A stretch of DNA of 63,783 bases, filler included, from Basidiobolus ranarum (taxonomy: Eukaryota): NCBI GenBank assembly GCA_040143965.1. It is 3 parts of 3 records of this genome, joined end to end, with 100 filler letters (N's around TTAATTAATTAA, not from the genome) between each part and the next. Parts side by side here need not be neighbours in the genome. Positions count along the whole stretch, not along the records: positions 1 to 21,226 come from JASJQH010000210.1; positions 21,327 to 42,513 come from JASJQH010000211.1; 1 more part is not named here. The stretch is one strand, 5' to 3'. Below, one piece after another: positions 13,662-26,347 of the stretch (the stretch's first letter is position 1; every line of letters starts with the position of its first letter). The position numbers and the translations under genes are program-made. The notes under the pieces were generated by a model that was not told the DNA's origin, searched no databases, and saw only the letters and a program-made list of their open reading frames with translations.

Positions 13662-15489
13662 ATGAGTAATTTAGCATCTGGTGAGGTGCAACTAACTGAT
13701 GTCCCAGCTCGTTTGGAACAGCTAAAGTGGAGCCGTTGGCATACGAAAATAGATTTGCTTTTATTTGATGCATCCGTTACTCTTGGATAATCTAACTTTT
13801 GAATTTAACAGATTACTGCTGTATTGGGAGCTGGCTGGGCCCTTGACGCTTATGAAATTAATATTGTATCCGCTGTACTGAACCTACTTAAAGAGCAGTT
13901 CAAAGTCACCAGTCAGCAAGCTACGTACATAAAAACCGTCTGGCTTGCTGGAGCTTTGGTAGGTGCACTCGGATTTGGCTACGTATCCGATCGTTATGGA
14001 GAAAGAAGACCTTTTTATTAACGATCTTAATGTACAGTTTCTTTACGGTAGTCACAGGTAATTTCTAGATTCTTCTTGCATCTGCGCTTAAAGCTCTTCT
14101 GATTATTGTATTGGAACGATTTAGCTTTCTCGGTAAATTATCCAATGTTCTTGGTCTTTCGTTGTCTAACAGCTATTGGTGTTGGTGCTGAGTATACCGC
14201 GGTCAATGCTACTATCACTGAATTCATTCCAGCAAAATAGCGAGGAGGTGTCAATACTCTAGTGATGTCTACTTGGGCTATTGGTGCACTCTGTGCTAAC
14301 TTGATTCAGGTAATGCAATCATCATAAGACAATATTCTAAAATCTGCCTGACTGTACTGTTGAGCATTTCTGGTCCAATTCAGCTTCCATCTAACCCATT
14401 TCCTTTTGAGTAGATTCCTTTGGTTAAATACGTTGATCCAGACTTATGTTGGCGTATTGGAATGGGTAGCGGAGCTGTCGCGGCTATCTGCGTATTCTGG
14501 TTCCGTAGGGCTCTCCCTGAGTCACCACGTTGGTACCTTAGTCAAGGTCGCTTCGAAGAAGCTGAGGCTGTAGTTGCCAAAATTGAAACTCTAGCGGGTC
14601 AACCTTTACAAAACTCCGAGACAATTGAAAAGATGGTTTATGATGTACCTAAACATGAGAATTTCTTTGGACATTTCATCACTCTTTTCGTCAAGTATCC
14701 CGGACGTACAGTTTATGCCATGATTTTGAATGGCTCTCGAGCTTTCGGTAACTATGGTGTTGCCGGATTCATGTCTCTTGCTATTCTTCCTTTGGCCAAG
14801 ATCCTTAATGAAAATATGCCAACGTTCTATCTGTGGGGGAATGTTGCCACTGTACCTGCGGGCCTATTGAATTCATGGCTAATGGTAAAGGTTGATCGGA
14901 AAAATTAGTCCCTATCAATTATATTCTAGTCATTGTTACAGCTGGTTGTCTTCTACCTGCCGCAAACACTGCAGCCAGTACAGGAGCTACCGTCAGTCTT
15001 CAATTAACATATTGTGCTTATATGTTTGCATACACAATGGCATGGACAACAGCTTACCCTACACTTACAGAAGTATTCCCTACTCATCTTCGCTCCAGTG
15101 GTATTGGAATCGCTGTTGCGGCAGGACGTGTTGCCGGTGCCGTTGCCCCGCTATTAATGATCGCAATATTTGAAGAAACCGGGCCGTTAGATTTAATCAC
15201 TGGTAAACATTCAAATGTTGCCGGGGCAATCGGTTTGTTGACTAGTTTCTTCGGACTCGCATTGATAGCATCGATTCCATGGTATTTCTTCGGAGTTGAA
15301 GGCCGTAATGTGACGTTAGAAGGTATGGTGGCCAAAACAAACAAGCAAATCATCGTTGAAGAGACGGGAGAGAAGGGGGAAAACATTCATATTTGCATGA
15401 GAACCAAAAATGATCTGATATTTACATCTTTTAACTTTGATAACATATTCTTTTTAATCTTGAAAGGACAATATCTCGACTATTCCTAA
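13662..15489 (+). pseudogene. MFS transporter (bacterial-type sugar porter / aromatic acid-like), pseudogenised
   Basis: Motifs TDVPARLEQLKWSRWH, ALDAYE, GYVSDRYG(RKK), GVGAEY, EFIPAK*RG, LPESPRW and TEVFPTHLRSSG. Lesions: first intron donor reads AT instead of GT (13749), 1-nt frameshift near 14000, in-frame TAG at 14238-14240, frameshift in the A-run near 14900. Confidence 0.85.
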
Positions 15490-17769
15490 ATGTAGTTCGT
15501 ATATTAAACTATGACTTAAAAGCATTCTGCGACAAAACCATTTGTAACCTTTCGTCTAAATTCGATCCAGTTGTGCGTATATCATTAAACCTTTAGTTCA
15601 ATCTTTAATCTCTTACATATTCAAGTGCATTAGGCTAGCTATACGATCAGCTTATCACTAGAAAATTACCGCTTAGTGAATAGATGCCCTCACTTCTCTA
15701 GGCAACTTTTGTTTCTTGCAGAGGCCATACCATCAACGGCGAGTCATTCAGACTAATGCCCCTACATTGGTGGATACCAGTCATTATTATTGGTTATACA
15801 ATGTAAGAGTAAGTCAATAGAACCAGGTAAATGCAAAGCGGGCCATCAGCACCGTTGGGTAGATATTGTTTGAATTTGTGTTAATTAAATTGTAAGTATT
15901 TATGTTTAAAGGAATGGAAGGCAGTATTTCACATCATATTGATAGTATTAGAAGCGAAAGTAAAGCAACATTGATATCTAAGAAGTTGTATAAAATATTC
16001 AAGGAGTATGGATTACCGTGGGCATCTTTATAATCTGAATAGTCGCAATATATGGTGTCAACTCTATCAATGTTCGGAAGAGAAACAAAAAGCACGATAA
16101 CAATGAACTGTTCATGTGAGTGCTTCATTTCTTTTTACCCAACTTCATAAATGCCGTGTCATAATATGCACAAAGCGTACAACCTCGAGTATAGCTTTAT
16201 ATGAATTTGCCTAAGAGTCCCTGATACAAAATGCCAATGATATTGCATTTTTGTTACATTCATAAAATCCCACATATTGAAGCAGCAGTCTCTAGTTTGC
16301 AGATTTCCTATAGAATCTTTTTGGGAAGTATGGAGAGAGACCTACTTCCTAAAACCTTGCATTTTTGCTTATAGTTTAGGGCAATACTAAAGTGACATTA
16401 GCGGACCGATCAACAGTCTGAATTGTGACGTTTTGAGATGGGAAATAGGTTATCCTGGTTCTATTAATAAAATTGATGGTAGAGTGAACACCACACCATA
16501 TTCCACTATCCTAGTGCTGAGTATGTAGTTAAGCTCTGAGAGCTGAATATTCTAACAAAATGATAATACCTAAGGCTGCCAGTGGCTAAATACGCAGTGC
16601 AAATCACAGTATACCACTATAAGTAGGCTCTGGCCTCCTCTTAACTCATTACAAGCTGAAGATATTTCAAACAATGCTTGTAGCACCAACAAAACTTCAA
16701 TGAATTTTGGGAGTACAACACCATAGGAGCAGCTTAGGATACCAAAGGTATACCCTCTAATACCCATCATTAGTGTAGCTCAATATCTTGCAAAAATTTA
16801 TATGGTACAACGGAGAAGTACAAAATGCAACGCAGATATTACTGCAAACTAAAATTTCTCCAAAATTATACAGCGAGTTTATTCTCTATTAACTCTAAAG
16901 GTGTGCTTTTGAAGTTCATGTACATCAATAAATTACTTCCAAGTACTTAAAATTTACGGTTCCCTAAGTGACTATTATCAGTGGAAGCCCTTTACACTTA
17001 ACCATATTGTTACTGTCAGTTATACCTAACTTCTAGACTGGTATACATCGTAATGCAAGCCAAATAACTACAAATGACTCTTCCCGTTTAGATAGGCTTC
17101 ATCACAAAGTAACATGACTAATGATGTATCCATTATTTTATAAACAGGAAATTGTGCTCCTCCATGCCTCCGTTATCCAGTCTTAACAAAGAAATCAGTT
17201 TAACTACAGTCACCTACACTTGATTTGACTGCAGCAACGTGATTCTGAACCTGAACAGAGAGTCAATCAATAGCGACGAATATTAATCACAATTCGTGCG
17301 ATTGTTAGCTAGAAAGGCGTGGGAATAGCTCTGAGTATCGCTTATATCTCTGGTGGTGTGGGAAACTCGGTACCAACTACACAGTAGTGCACCTTTTTGA
17401 GTAATAATCCTATTCTGAAGCTCTGTGTGCTTTCAAGATGTGTTACGCGTTACCTTACATCATAAGAGTAGCCATTTTGGAAACTGTAGAGGAGTATCTT
17501 GATAAATTCTCTGAAGGAGGTTAAGACTTATTTATTTTACACCCTGAGTACTAAACAGAAGGAGACTGTTCATTGCTCGATGTGGAAGTAACCATGCCTG
17601 ACAAAAACACGATCAGCGATTCAACCTGGTGATTGCCACATTCTTGATTTATTTATATTTGCGTTACCAAATCATTGCCTACACACAAAAATGGTCAAGG
17701 AGGATAGATAGTTGGGAATATAAGGATAAGTGCGATGTGCCAAAGGTTCTGAATACAGATCTGACAAAA

Positions 17770-18975
17770 TCATAGAGATGCTGGGCTTTTGCCTTCAATT
17801 ACATCTTTAAGTAAGTGGCCAACAGCCTCAAATTCCTCCAAGTAATTATATATCTGAGCTGATAAGCGAGTATACCATGTATCTCTGTACTGGTAAACCA
17901 TTAAGGCGACATTATATTTCTCCAAGATTATTTCCGCAAGACCACGAATATATGTATCGCCATGCTGGCTGGAAAGAGGCAGTCGAATATTAACCATGGC
18001 TCCTATTTGATGCTCGTCACCGACTACTTCGGTACCAAGAATTTGAGCAACTAATCGTCCACCTTGCAGTGCCATCTCATGTATATATGTAAGAATCCTT
18101 TGCTCGCCAATAGCCTGGCGAAACTCTAGTGCTGCTGTGACAGACATGATCTGACTGTAGTCGTTTGTACCGGTCCACTGAAAGTCATCATAAAATTTCC
18201 TGGTTGCATATCCATGCGATATAGAGGAAGGGTGAATATTTGCCTGATGCCTTTTAGCTACATGCAACAAGGCACACGGGCGAGCACATTGCCCCCACTT
18301 ATGTATATTCGAAACGAAAAAATCCGCATCGTATTCTTCAAGTTTTAGTGGAATTTGACCATAGGCATGAGCAGCGTCCACTAAGACTAGAATTCCCTTC
18401 GACTTACAAAGGCGAACCAACTCTTTAAATGGGAAAACAATCCCCGGGGTGGAGGAAATTGCATCAACAATAAGTAATTTGATATTTTGTTCTCTGTCAA
18501 GAAGATCTTCCATTGCGTGCACGAATTCTTCATCCTTGAAGGGAAAATTAACAGGAACCTCCACAAGTGATAACTCTTGGGTATCCTGCAGATAATAGAG
18601 TAGTTGCTGGACTGAGTCATAAGTGGTACTAAAATAAGCCACTTTTTCTCCAGAATTGAATTTGAGCGAACGAATCACCGAGCAAATGCCGGAAGTGGCA
18701 TTCGGAACAAACACCAAATTCTCTTTATCCGCACCTACATAGTCCGCCACCTCATTGCGTACTCGGTTGTACTCTGGGATATACTCTAGACGTAGCCACT
18801 TGTCGGGATTTTTTTCACCTCTGTCCAACCAGTTACGTCTCACTTTTTCAACATAATGAGGAACAGTTCCAAAGCTTCCGTTATTGAGGTTGATATAGCC
18901 AGGCTCCAATGGATATAAATTACGTGCCGCCTTTCCTAGAGGGTGGTTGTGTAGACTCTTTAGTTCGTCCTGCAT
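17770..18975 (-). CDS. PLP-dependent class V aminotransferase / C-S lyase (Egt2 hercynylcysteine sulfoxide lyase-like / LolT-like), intronless
   Basis: Motifs YINLNNGSFGTVP, FVPNATSG, VDAAHAYGQ, FVSNIHKW (PLP lysine), WTGTNDYS and RLSAQIYN in a 401-aa ORF. The substrate cannot be confirmed from sequence. Confidence 0.85.
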   Translation of the reverse strand: MQDELKSLHNHPLGKAARNLYPLEPGYINLNNGSFGTVPHYVEKVRRNWLDRGEKNPDKWLRLEYIPEYNRVRNEVADYVGADKENLVFVPNATSGICSVIRSLKFNSGEKVAYFSTTYDSVQQLLYYLQDTQELSLVEVPVNFPFKDEEFVHAMEDLLDREQNIKLLIVDAISSTPGIVFPFKELVRLCKSKGILVLVDAAHAYGQIPLKLEEYDADFFVSNIHKWGQCARPCALLHVAKRHQANIHPSSISHGYATRKFYDDFQWTGTNDYSQIMSVTAALEFRQAIGEQRILTYIHEMALQGGRLVAQILGTEVVGDEHQIGAMVNIRLPLSSQHGDTYIRGLAEIILEKYNVALMVYQYRDTWYTRLSAQIYNYLEEFEAVGHLLKDVIEGKSPASL

Positions 18976-20513
18976 TTTCGATCAACACTATCTTTGGAGA
19001 ATATCAAGATTGCTGAAGTATTTTTCAGTTATGCCAGCTACTTCTTATTCTGTCTTCTGTCAAAGTGATTAGTAATTACAATCTCAAAACCAGAATTTTG
19101 TGCAGTTCATGACTCAGGTCATAGGGTCATCCGGATGTTTTAAACCTATGCAATGACTAAAATACTTAGTCTTACTTTGGAGCTCTTCCAACATACCAGT
19201 AGTACTTGTCCGTGGACATACTATTAATGACACATAATGTGTTCTACTGATTACTCTTGACACAATATAATCCTTACTGTGTAACTCATATCGGCAGCTG
19301 GTAAACTTGAATTAGACAGTTGTTCTCTCTATCCAGCGGAGTGGGATCTAAATAGTGTCGAATAGCAACTACCATCATTGGTACATCTCTTTTTGGATGC
19401 TCCTTTGGTGCAGGTTCCATCTTCTGAAGCAACTAGTAAAGCTAACAAGAAATAGAGTATTCGCAACACTTCGGCTCTTCGTTGTTGCACTCTGCCAGTT
19501 GTAGTTTTACTTACAATAATCCACGTTTAAGTACGGAGCAACTATGGTGACAAATAAATGCTTATCTCTACTAACCATTGGTGTAATTATTTATGAATTG
19601 CACAAGCACAAAAGTTTCTGTAGTTCTTTATGTGCAAACAAGAGATGAATTTTCTTAAATATTCACTCACAAACACTTGCGTCTGGGAGTGTGGTCTAGT
19701 ACATACAGGACGAAGGTCACAAGCATTGGATAATACATTTAATAGGAGTAACTTAAAAGTCTTACCGAAGCTACATTAGTATAGATGGAGTTCAATAACA
19801 ATGTTCTTGAAGCATGCAAAGCTACTACTGTTAGTTTCTATTTGGCCACCATATTTAAAAGTATCTAGAACTAGATAGGACTGAACAGGTCTCGATCTTC
19901 TTAATATCCAGTCAAAATATCTTGATCTAAAAACCATTTGATTCCTTGTTATTAAATCAAAACTTGGAGCAGATATCTTTTATGAAAATATTTGCATTAA
20001 ACTTAGGAGGTACAAAAACCACCCGGTGGTGTAAAACTTTAATTAGCTTATATACTAATCTATACAAAGTGACATTAAGGACATCAATCTTTTAAGATAT
20101 TGTGACAATATAGGATCATATATATACTTAACTGGATGACCCATGCAATTAAGTTCTTAGGATCTAAATACAGTGTTAAGGGGGATGGGTGGTAAATAGA
20201 GAGGAAAGTATTAAGGATACACCAAATGGACAATAGGACAGAAAGCCTGAATAATAGTGATTATGAAAGGTATTCAGCAGCTAAGGTACTGCTTTTAATA
20301 ATCTAGCTGGAAGTCTATGGTTATGTTTTAGGCTTCTTTGTTTCATGCAATAATAAAGCTAATTCAGACACAAGAAAATCATCCTGTATCAGTTTCCAGT
20401 ATGATGGTGGATTTGATGGTAGTGTAGTTAGTGTTGTGAAACAATATACAAAATTCCCTAACTTCTTCACTCCCTATTCAACTTGTGTATGTTTTTGTTT
20501 AGTTGACCACTAT

Positions 20514-20851
20514 TGTTAACAAGCCACCTGAACTGATCCCATAACTTGATCATACAAGCTATCACACAGCTACCTATCAATTCCCTAATCCCTTCCATCA
20601 AATCATATGACCAATCACATGATGCTTATCCCATCACTTTTGCTTGCCTAATCATATGCCAAGACACAAGTCAACATGAGTAATAAAAGCATAATAACAT
20701 TCTTTCACTGCCAAGACTTCAGCAGATGCATGACTCATTTAGCTATCTATATATCTATCTGGTCATATTTCTCTTCTATCAGAACCAGTCATCTCTTTTC
20801 TTAGCACTGACTAATTCAGTTTTCTGTGAAAAAGTTTAAATCATGATAACA
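20514..20851. mobile_element. Possible solo LTR
   Basis: Bounded by TGTTA...TAACA and flanked by ACTAT / CCTAT, a near-identical 5-bp target-site duplication. Lies in a CpG-free tract and has an internal TATA-like run. Confidence 0.4.
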
Positions 20852-20990
20852 CCTATAAAATTATTTTTGAATGCACTGAATTCAATTCAGATCAGGGCTG
20901 GGGGAGATAGTCATCACTAGGTGAATTATTGATTTCAAACAAAATAAAGACAAAATAACTACTTCTGTTGTTTCTTAACCCAAGTATGTG

Positions 20991-21008
20991 TTAGGGTTAG
21001 GGTTAGGG
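20991..21008 (+). repeat. Short interstitial (TTAGGG)3 telomere-like repeat
   Basis: TTAGGGTTAGGGTTAGGG read directly, between two imperfect ~50-bp direct repeats (ttatt..tcaaacaaaa..aaag..ataactacttctgt). A 2-copy version occurs near 5573-5583. Confidence 0.6.
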
Positions 21009-21226
21009 GGGACACAGTCACCAACAGTTGAAATCTTTATTTCAAACAAAACAAAGGAGCCATAACTACTTCTGTAGTTTCTAACTAATGTATGGAGATC
21101 AGGACTATTGGTATAAATGTTGCAAAGCAGAAAAGTTAAGTCAGTAGAATCTAAGACACTATTAAGTGGAGTGGGAGGGAGTAACAAAGGTAAAAATGGT
21201 TTGTCAACAATGGAAATTAGTGGAAT

Positions 21227-21326
21227 NNNNNNNNNNNNNNNNNNNNNNNNNNNNNNNNNNNNNNNNNNNNTTAATTAATTAANNNNNNNNNNNNNNNNNN
21301 NNNNNNNNNNNNNNNNNNNNNNNNNN
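21227..21326. other. Assembly gap with artificial linker
   Basis: 44 N + TTAATTAATTAA (stop codons in all six frames) + 44 N. Confidence 0.97.
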
Positions 21327-24300
21327 CTGTTAATAATGCCAAAATGGTTTCAATCCTTTATGACCATCATACGAGCAGGGAAACCTGATATTCGGGATAT
21401 ATACAGTGTTTTAGCCTAAAATGAGACAATTTAAAAAAAATTAGACGCTTCATAAAATATATGGGACGATTGCAAAAAATCAGTGCCTAAATAATTAATA
21501 CCATAAGGCAAATGACCTACCACTGAATAAATTAAGATAGCATCAAGCTCCTATTCATCAATATGAACATAATAGTTTAGAATCGTGACTTCAGCAGGTT
21601 TAGGAGAGTCTAGATCCTTTAGTTTGTAAGAGTAGCGAGGGTTTCTTGACATACTCCTGTTCTACCAGAGATCATTGCATCTACCTTACCTATCGGCCTA
21701 GGAACTTCATCAAGAAAGACCGCATCTGTGGCCTCTGTTGGGTGGAAGATTCAACATACAAAATTCCGATTGGGAGGATCAGTCGAGGTTTGAGTACATT
21801 ACAACATGTGATCACTGATCAATGATAGAGTAGCAAGTAAGCACCATCGAACGGAGTCGCTAACAGTGCTGCCATATGTATTCACACATTCTGCCTCACT
21901 TAGTATGATTGAATCTCATAAGGACAGGTTATAGTGGGCCAAGTCCATGGCCAATGACGATAGTAGCAAAACCATTGAGCATAAGGAATTCCGAATATCA
22001 AATTGAGTGGTCATTTGACACGAGGACCTGTTTGAATCACAGAAGCCCTTCCACTTGACTAGTGGATGCTGGCATTTCGATCCGTACCCTAGCGAGCTAA
22101 TGAAAACAATGTATCTTAGATGAAATCATCATCATATTGCATCCTTAGCCAACTGCTAAACGAGGAGTATATCGTACACCCTTAACAAACCATAGCCAAT
22201 AGTTGGCCAGTTGTGAGGACCCATGTCACTGGAACAACATTCCTGGATCATAAGCTATTGATTGCTCTACGTCGGATGTTCAGCTGAAAGCTCCGGTCAC
22301 TTGCTGCAGCTCTTGCAACGCTGAAACTATCGCAGAGTCCCATGAAAACCCGCAAGCTGATGAGCAGTTATTGTATTTGAAGACGAGTATCCACCAATAC
22401 TAGTCCGGATCTGCATACTTCAAAATGGCTTTCGAGTGATTATCTAGATCTTAGATATCGTCTCTGACCTTGTTGCCGCAAAGTATGAATAGGCATTTTC
22501 GTATTCAATATAGATGGTGAATGATGACTAATGGGCAATGATATCCTGTCACCTGCATCGTCCCCTTTCAAATAAAGTAATCGAGTTTCTTTGAAACAAA
22601 GTATCCATCGTTCCACATGCAAGACTAGCGAATATTCATTATACCCTCTTCGGCCGGGCTACATACCCACTCAGCTGGATGTGGCCATTTGATTAATCGG
22701 ATGTGACGCATCGTGAAGAATCTAGCTTATGAGTTTGGTCGGATTTTCACAAGGCGGAAGCGGTCGAACCCATCTTGAACTCGAGCTTGAGATCTATCTA
22801 GGCATTACTCAATTTGGATAATTAAATGGCACGTATTTATGGCCAAACTACTGCAAGTACACTTAGTAATCCCTCAGCATTCGACGAATCACACCAATAG
22901 CTGTTGAAATTAGAATATGGCCAATTAAATAACTGATTTTCGGAGTTGTACTCGAGTATCTAGGTTTGCATGCACATCTTGTCCATGTCTCTTATTTTCC
23001 TAGTTGGCGGTATGCGATCCAAGACTGGCATTCAACATACCACTACTATGTTCATATTAGCTAAGGCTGTGTTAATATTCGCTACATCTTCTCAAAGATT
23101 CCTCCAAGGCTCGTACTTATATAATTAGTAGCGACACTTTAATTGGAACTAAGCTTCAATGACATTGAGCCAGCCCGAGCCTAGAACTATCCATTCTCAA
23201 TCCTTAATTTGAATGGAAGAAGTAATGGTATTCTTTACATTTGGTGTCACTGCAAATGGATCAGAATCTATATCCCATCGCTTTGGGAAGAAGGCAAACC
23301 GGGAGATCGGGTGATTTATAGATGTGGAATGTATGACTTATTGAACGAAATGGTACAGATCGTATACAATAAAATGGAGCGCAAATCTGGAAGTGATTAC
23401 AAAGCACATTGTCAGCAGCAATAGTCTACCTAACCCTACTTCACAACTGACCGGGAAACTAGAACATTATCAACCACTTCTGTATCAAATACGTCTCTTT
23501 AATGGTAAGTTCAGTTGAGCTGCGGCTTAGTGTATGAAGGATAGGGCGAGTCAGGAATGGGGACCGCAAAAGCATCCTTTTTGGGGGGAAGGGGAGGTAG
23601 CATGGGCTTTCATCTCTGGAAAAACTTGATCCAGATTTCCCAATCAACTACAGCTCATCCTAGTTGGTTGTTGCTTTGAGGTTTTGAAATGGCATAAACG
23701 TAATTACCGATTTTATCACGAATTTCGTTACTAAACAAAGGTATGCAGTTAGCAAATGACTTGCGAAATATATCAATGGCGTTTCAGGTTTTACTGGTAT
23801 CATGAAGGCTGAGAATTCGGAAGAGCGCCATGATGCCGCTGATCATGTTGGGAGACATGATTTAAGCTCACAGATTGATCCTTGCTATTTGATGCATTAA
23901 GGTGAGTGGTAAACAAGCCCAGGTGAGTAAAGTTCTTTATCACCCACCCGAGACAAACCTCAATATGGAAGGATCCGGTAGTCATGGCATGACCTAAGTT
24001 CGGGTCTTTTTCCAGACAAACAATTCACTGGTGAGATGTTCACCATCCTCTGGTTTAATCCTATAAACTATTTGATATTCTTTAGCCTCATCCTCCGTTT
24101 CAGCACTGGCTAGCCAATCACCGTGACACAGCGGCTATTACCAACAAATATCGGAATGCTGATGGTTAGCAATGAGGATTCCGTTGAATCAAGAGCAACG
24201 AAGCGAATGCCACAGCTAACTGGGTGCATTTCTTCCTTGGCTATAGGATAGGAAAGTATGGGTGGCACGAAATAAAGCAGCTCTCGCCCATTTGTATAGT

Positions 24301-24983
24301 AACTATTCCTGGATTTAGCAGGCGGTTCTTTATCAGGACTCAAATGCCATTATTGCGCTCCATTTGAGGATTTGGGTCTAAACTAAGAAAGGCATGTTCG
24401 CTTTTATGGACGTTAGCTGCAGTAATTGGATCCAAACCTCACCCGATCTTCTTCATTTTCCTTTATTCAGCTCCCAATTTTACTATAGTCATTATACTCA
24501 TTTATTTTAACTCCAACCGACTGTAATCTACGATGTGTTGGCTCACTTTCCTATGGTCACGAATTGCCGGAGTTTTCTCTGGTAGGACTAGTCATCTGGA
24601 ATTCTATATAAAGCCAGGCCAGTTGCACGTTCTCCCCTTAAAACATTTGGTAAAATTTATATATATCTCAATATCACATCTGAGCCCCCCAGTATAGTCT
24701 CCAACATTTCGCCCGTTTGCTTTGCACCCTAGCTCCAGCTATTCTGATCATAGTTGAGTGCTCAATTTCCCTAGCCTCAATACCGAAGGATTCCAGAGTT
24801 TTCGACGTTAGATATATTTAGGATTCCTGACGTGTAGTCCTTCGCAATAAATCAACCGATCCATAACCATATTTTAGTGAAATCTTGGCGCGACTCGTTT
24901 ATTCTCACTACCCTCGCTCCTGCACCTCACTTTGAGCAAGATATACCTCTATAGTTACATTACGCTTCATCACATCGATTAGT

Positions 24984-26347
24984 ATGGCCAAATCGCTCCC
25001 TATCGCTACTAATGGGTACAGGTTTCTCCCTGACCTAGAAAGCCTTGGGTACAAGGCTGGCGGGTTAGTACACGTTGTGAACAGTAAAATCTACAGAGCC
25101 CTGGAACTTACTCTTATTTTATGACTCCAGGAAGTACTCTCTTATCGTTCGCCAGCAGCCCAAACAAGCACGTCTTTGTAGTTCTAAGGAGAAAGTAGAC
25201 CGTAGACCCATCGACCCACCGCCCATCGTTCAAATCAAGGTGAACGGCTATGAGGATAATGAGTAAGTATTAGTCATTTAGAGATGACTTAAAGTGGTGT
25301 TCTTGAGCGACTGACTCTCATTTTTCAGTGATTACCTCCAGAATCCATATTTTATAATGTATGCCAGCTTGGTCCCAGTAAACCCCTCAAATACTGCTCC
25401 ACTGTCACCCAGAACGCTTACGGGTACATTAGCATCATCACTTTACAAACTCAAAGACGTTGATAATACAGGCAAGCCAATTATCCCTGGTTAAGCTCCT
25501 TAGAGGGGACTTTTACTAACTTCCTTGCAATCAAGTAGATGGTGGTTTCTTTGTATTCTCCGACATATCTGTCCGAGTTGAGGGACAATTCCGTCTCAAA
25601 TTTAGTCTATTTGAAATTATCAAGTAGGTAGTAAAGCATGCTAATTTCAAGAATCCAAACATTAACATACGGGCCATGTAGTTTTAGCGCTGTTCCTTTA
25701 GCTACAATTTTCTCCGATACCTTCACAGTATATCCACCTAAGATGTTTCCAGGAATGGCCGAGTCTACTTTTCTTTCCCGATCATTTTCTGATCAAGGAG
25801 TGCGTATCAGAATTCGAAAAGAATATAGGTCCAAAGCGTATGTAACTGCTTCTATTATCAACTGATGGACTCGCTATTAATAATGATTCTTTTATTTCTG
25901 ATCCTCAGTCGACATAATTCTGAAGATTCCCTCGAAAGTAATCCAGGGAAGCGTAGATCTACGGAGGAAGTCGTATATCCTTCGCAACATCGTAAAATCT
26001 CAACTTCAGGCGAAAAACCAAGCCAAATTTCAATAGAAAAAACCAATAACAAGGGAATGGAGCGTAGCCAGTCGATTCTAAGCTCCAACTCAGAATCAGA
26101 TACAAAAACATCTGGGAACTCACCTATACTTCATGGAGATGCTCACACATTCAAACCACTCTCGGTACCGCGAGAAATCCAAGAGATTTTCAAGGAAAGC
26201 CGCCTGGAGTTCCGGGCAAATCAAAGTGAAGAGATACCATGGAGAAGACCATCTTTTACTAAAGATGAAGAACAGTCGTTTGAATTACTATTTGACTCGT
26301 ACCTTAGGGAGCGAAAGATCCCTCATTGTTCAGCCAAATGCCATTAG
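24984..26347 (+). CDS. Velvet-domain transcription factor (VosA/VelC-like), 6 exons
   Basis: [123 protein letters not shown]. Includes a GC-AG intron at 25472-25538. Confidence 0.93.

Noticed and set aside
19685-19760. tRNA A-box-like TGGTCTAGT
   Set aside because: No B-box or cloverleaf follows.
21227-21326. Palindromic TTAATTAATTAA inside N-runs (also 42514-42613)
   Set aside because: Artificial six-frame-stop linker between contigs, not biological. Adjacency across these gaps is unverified.
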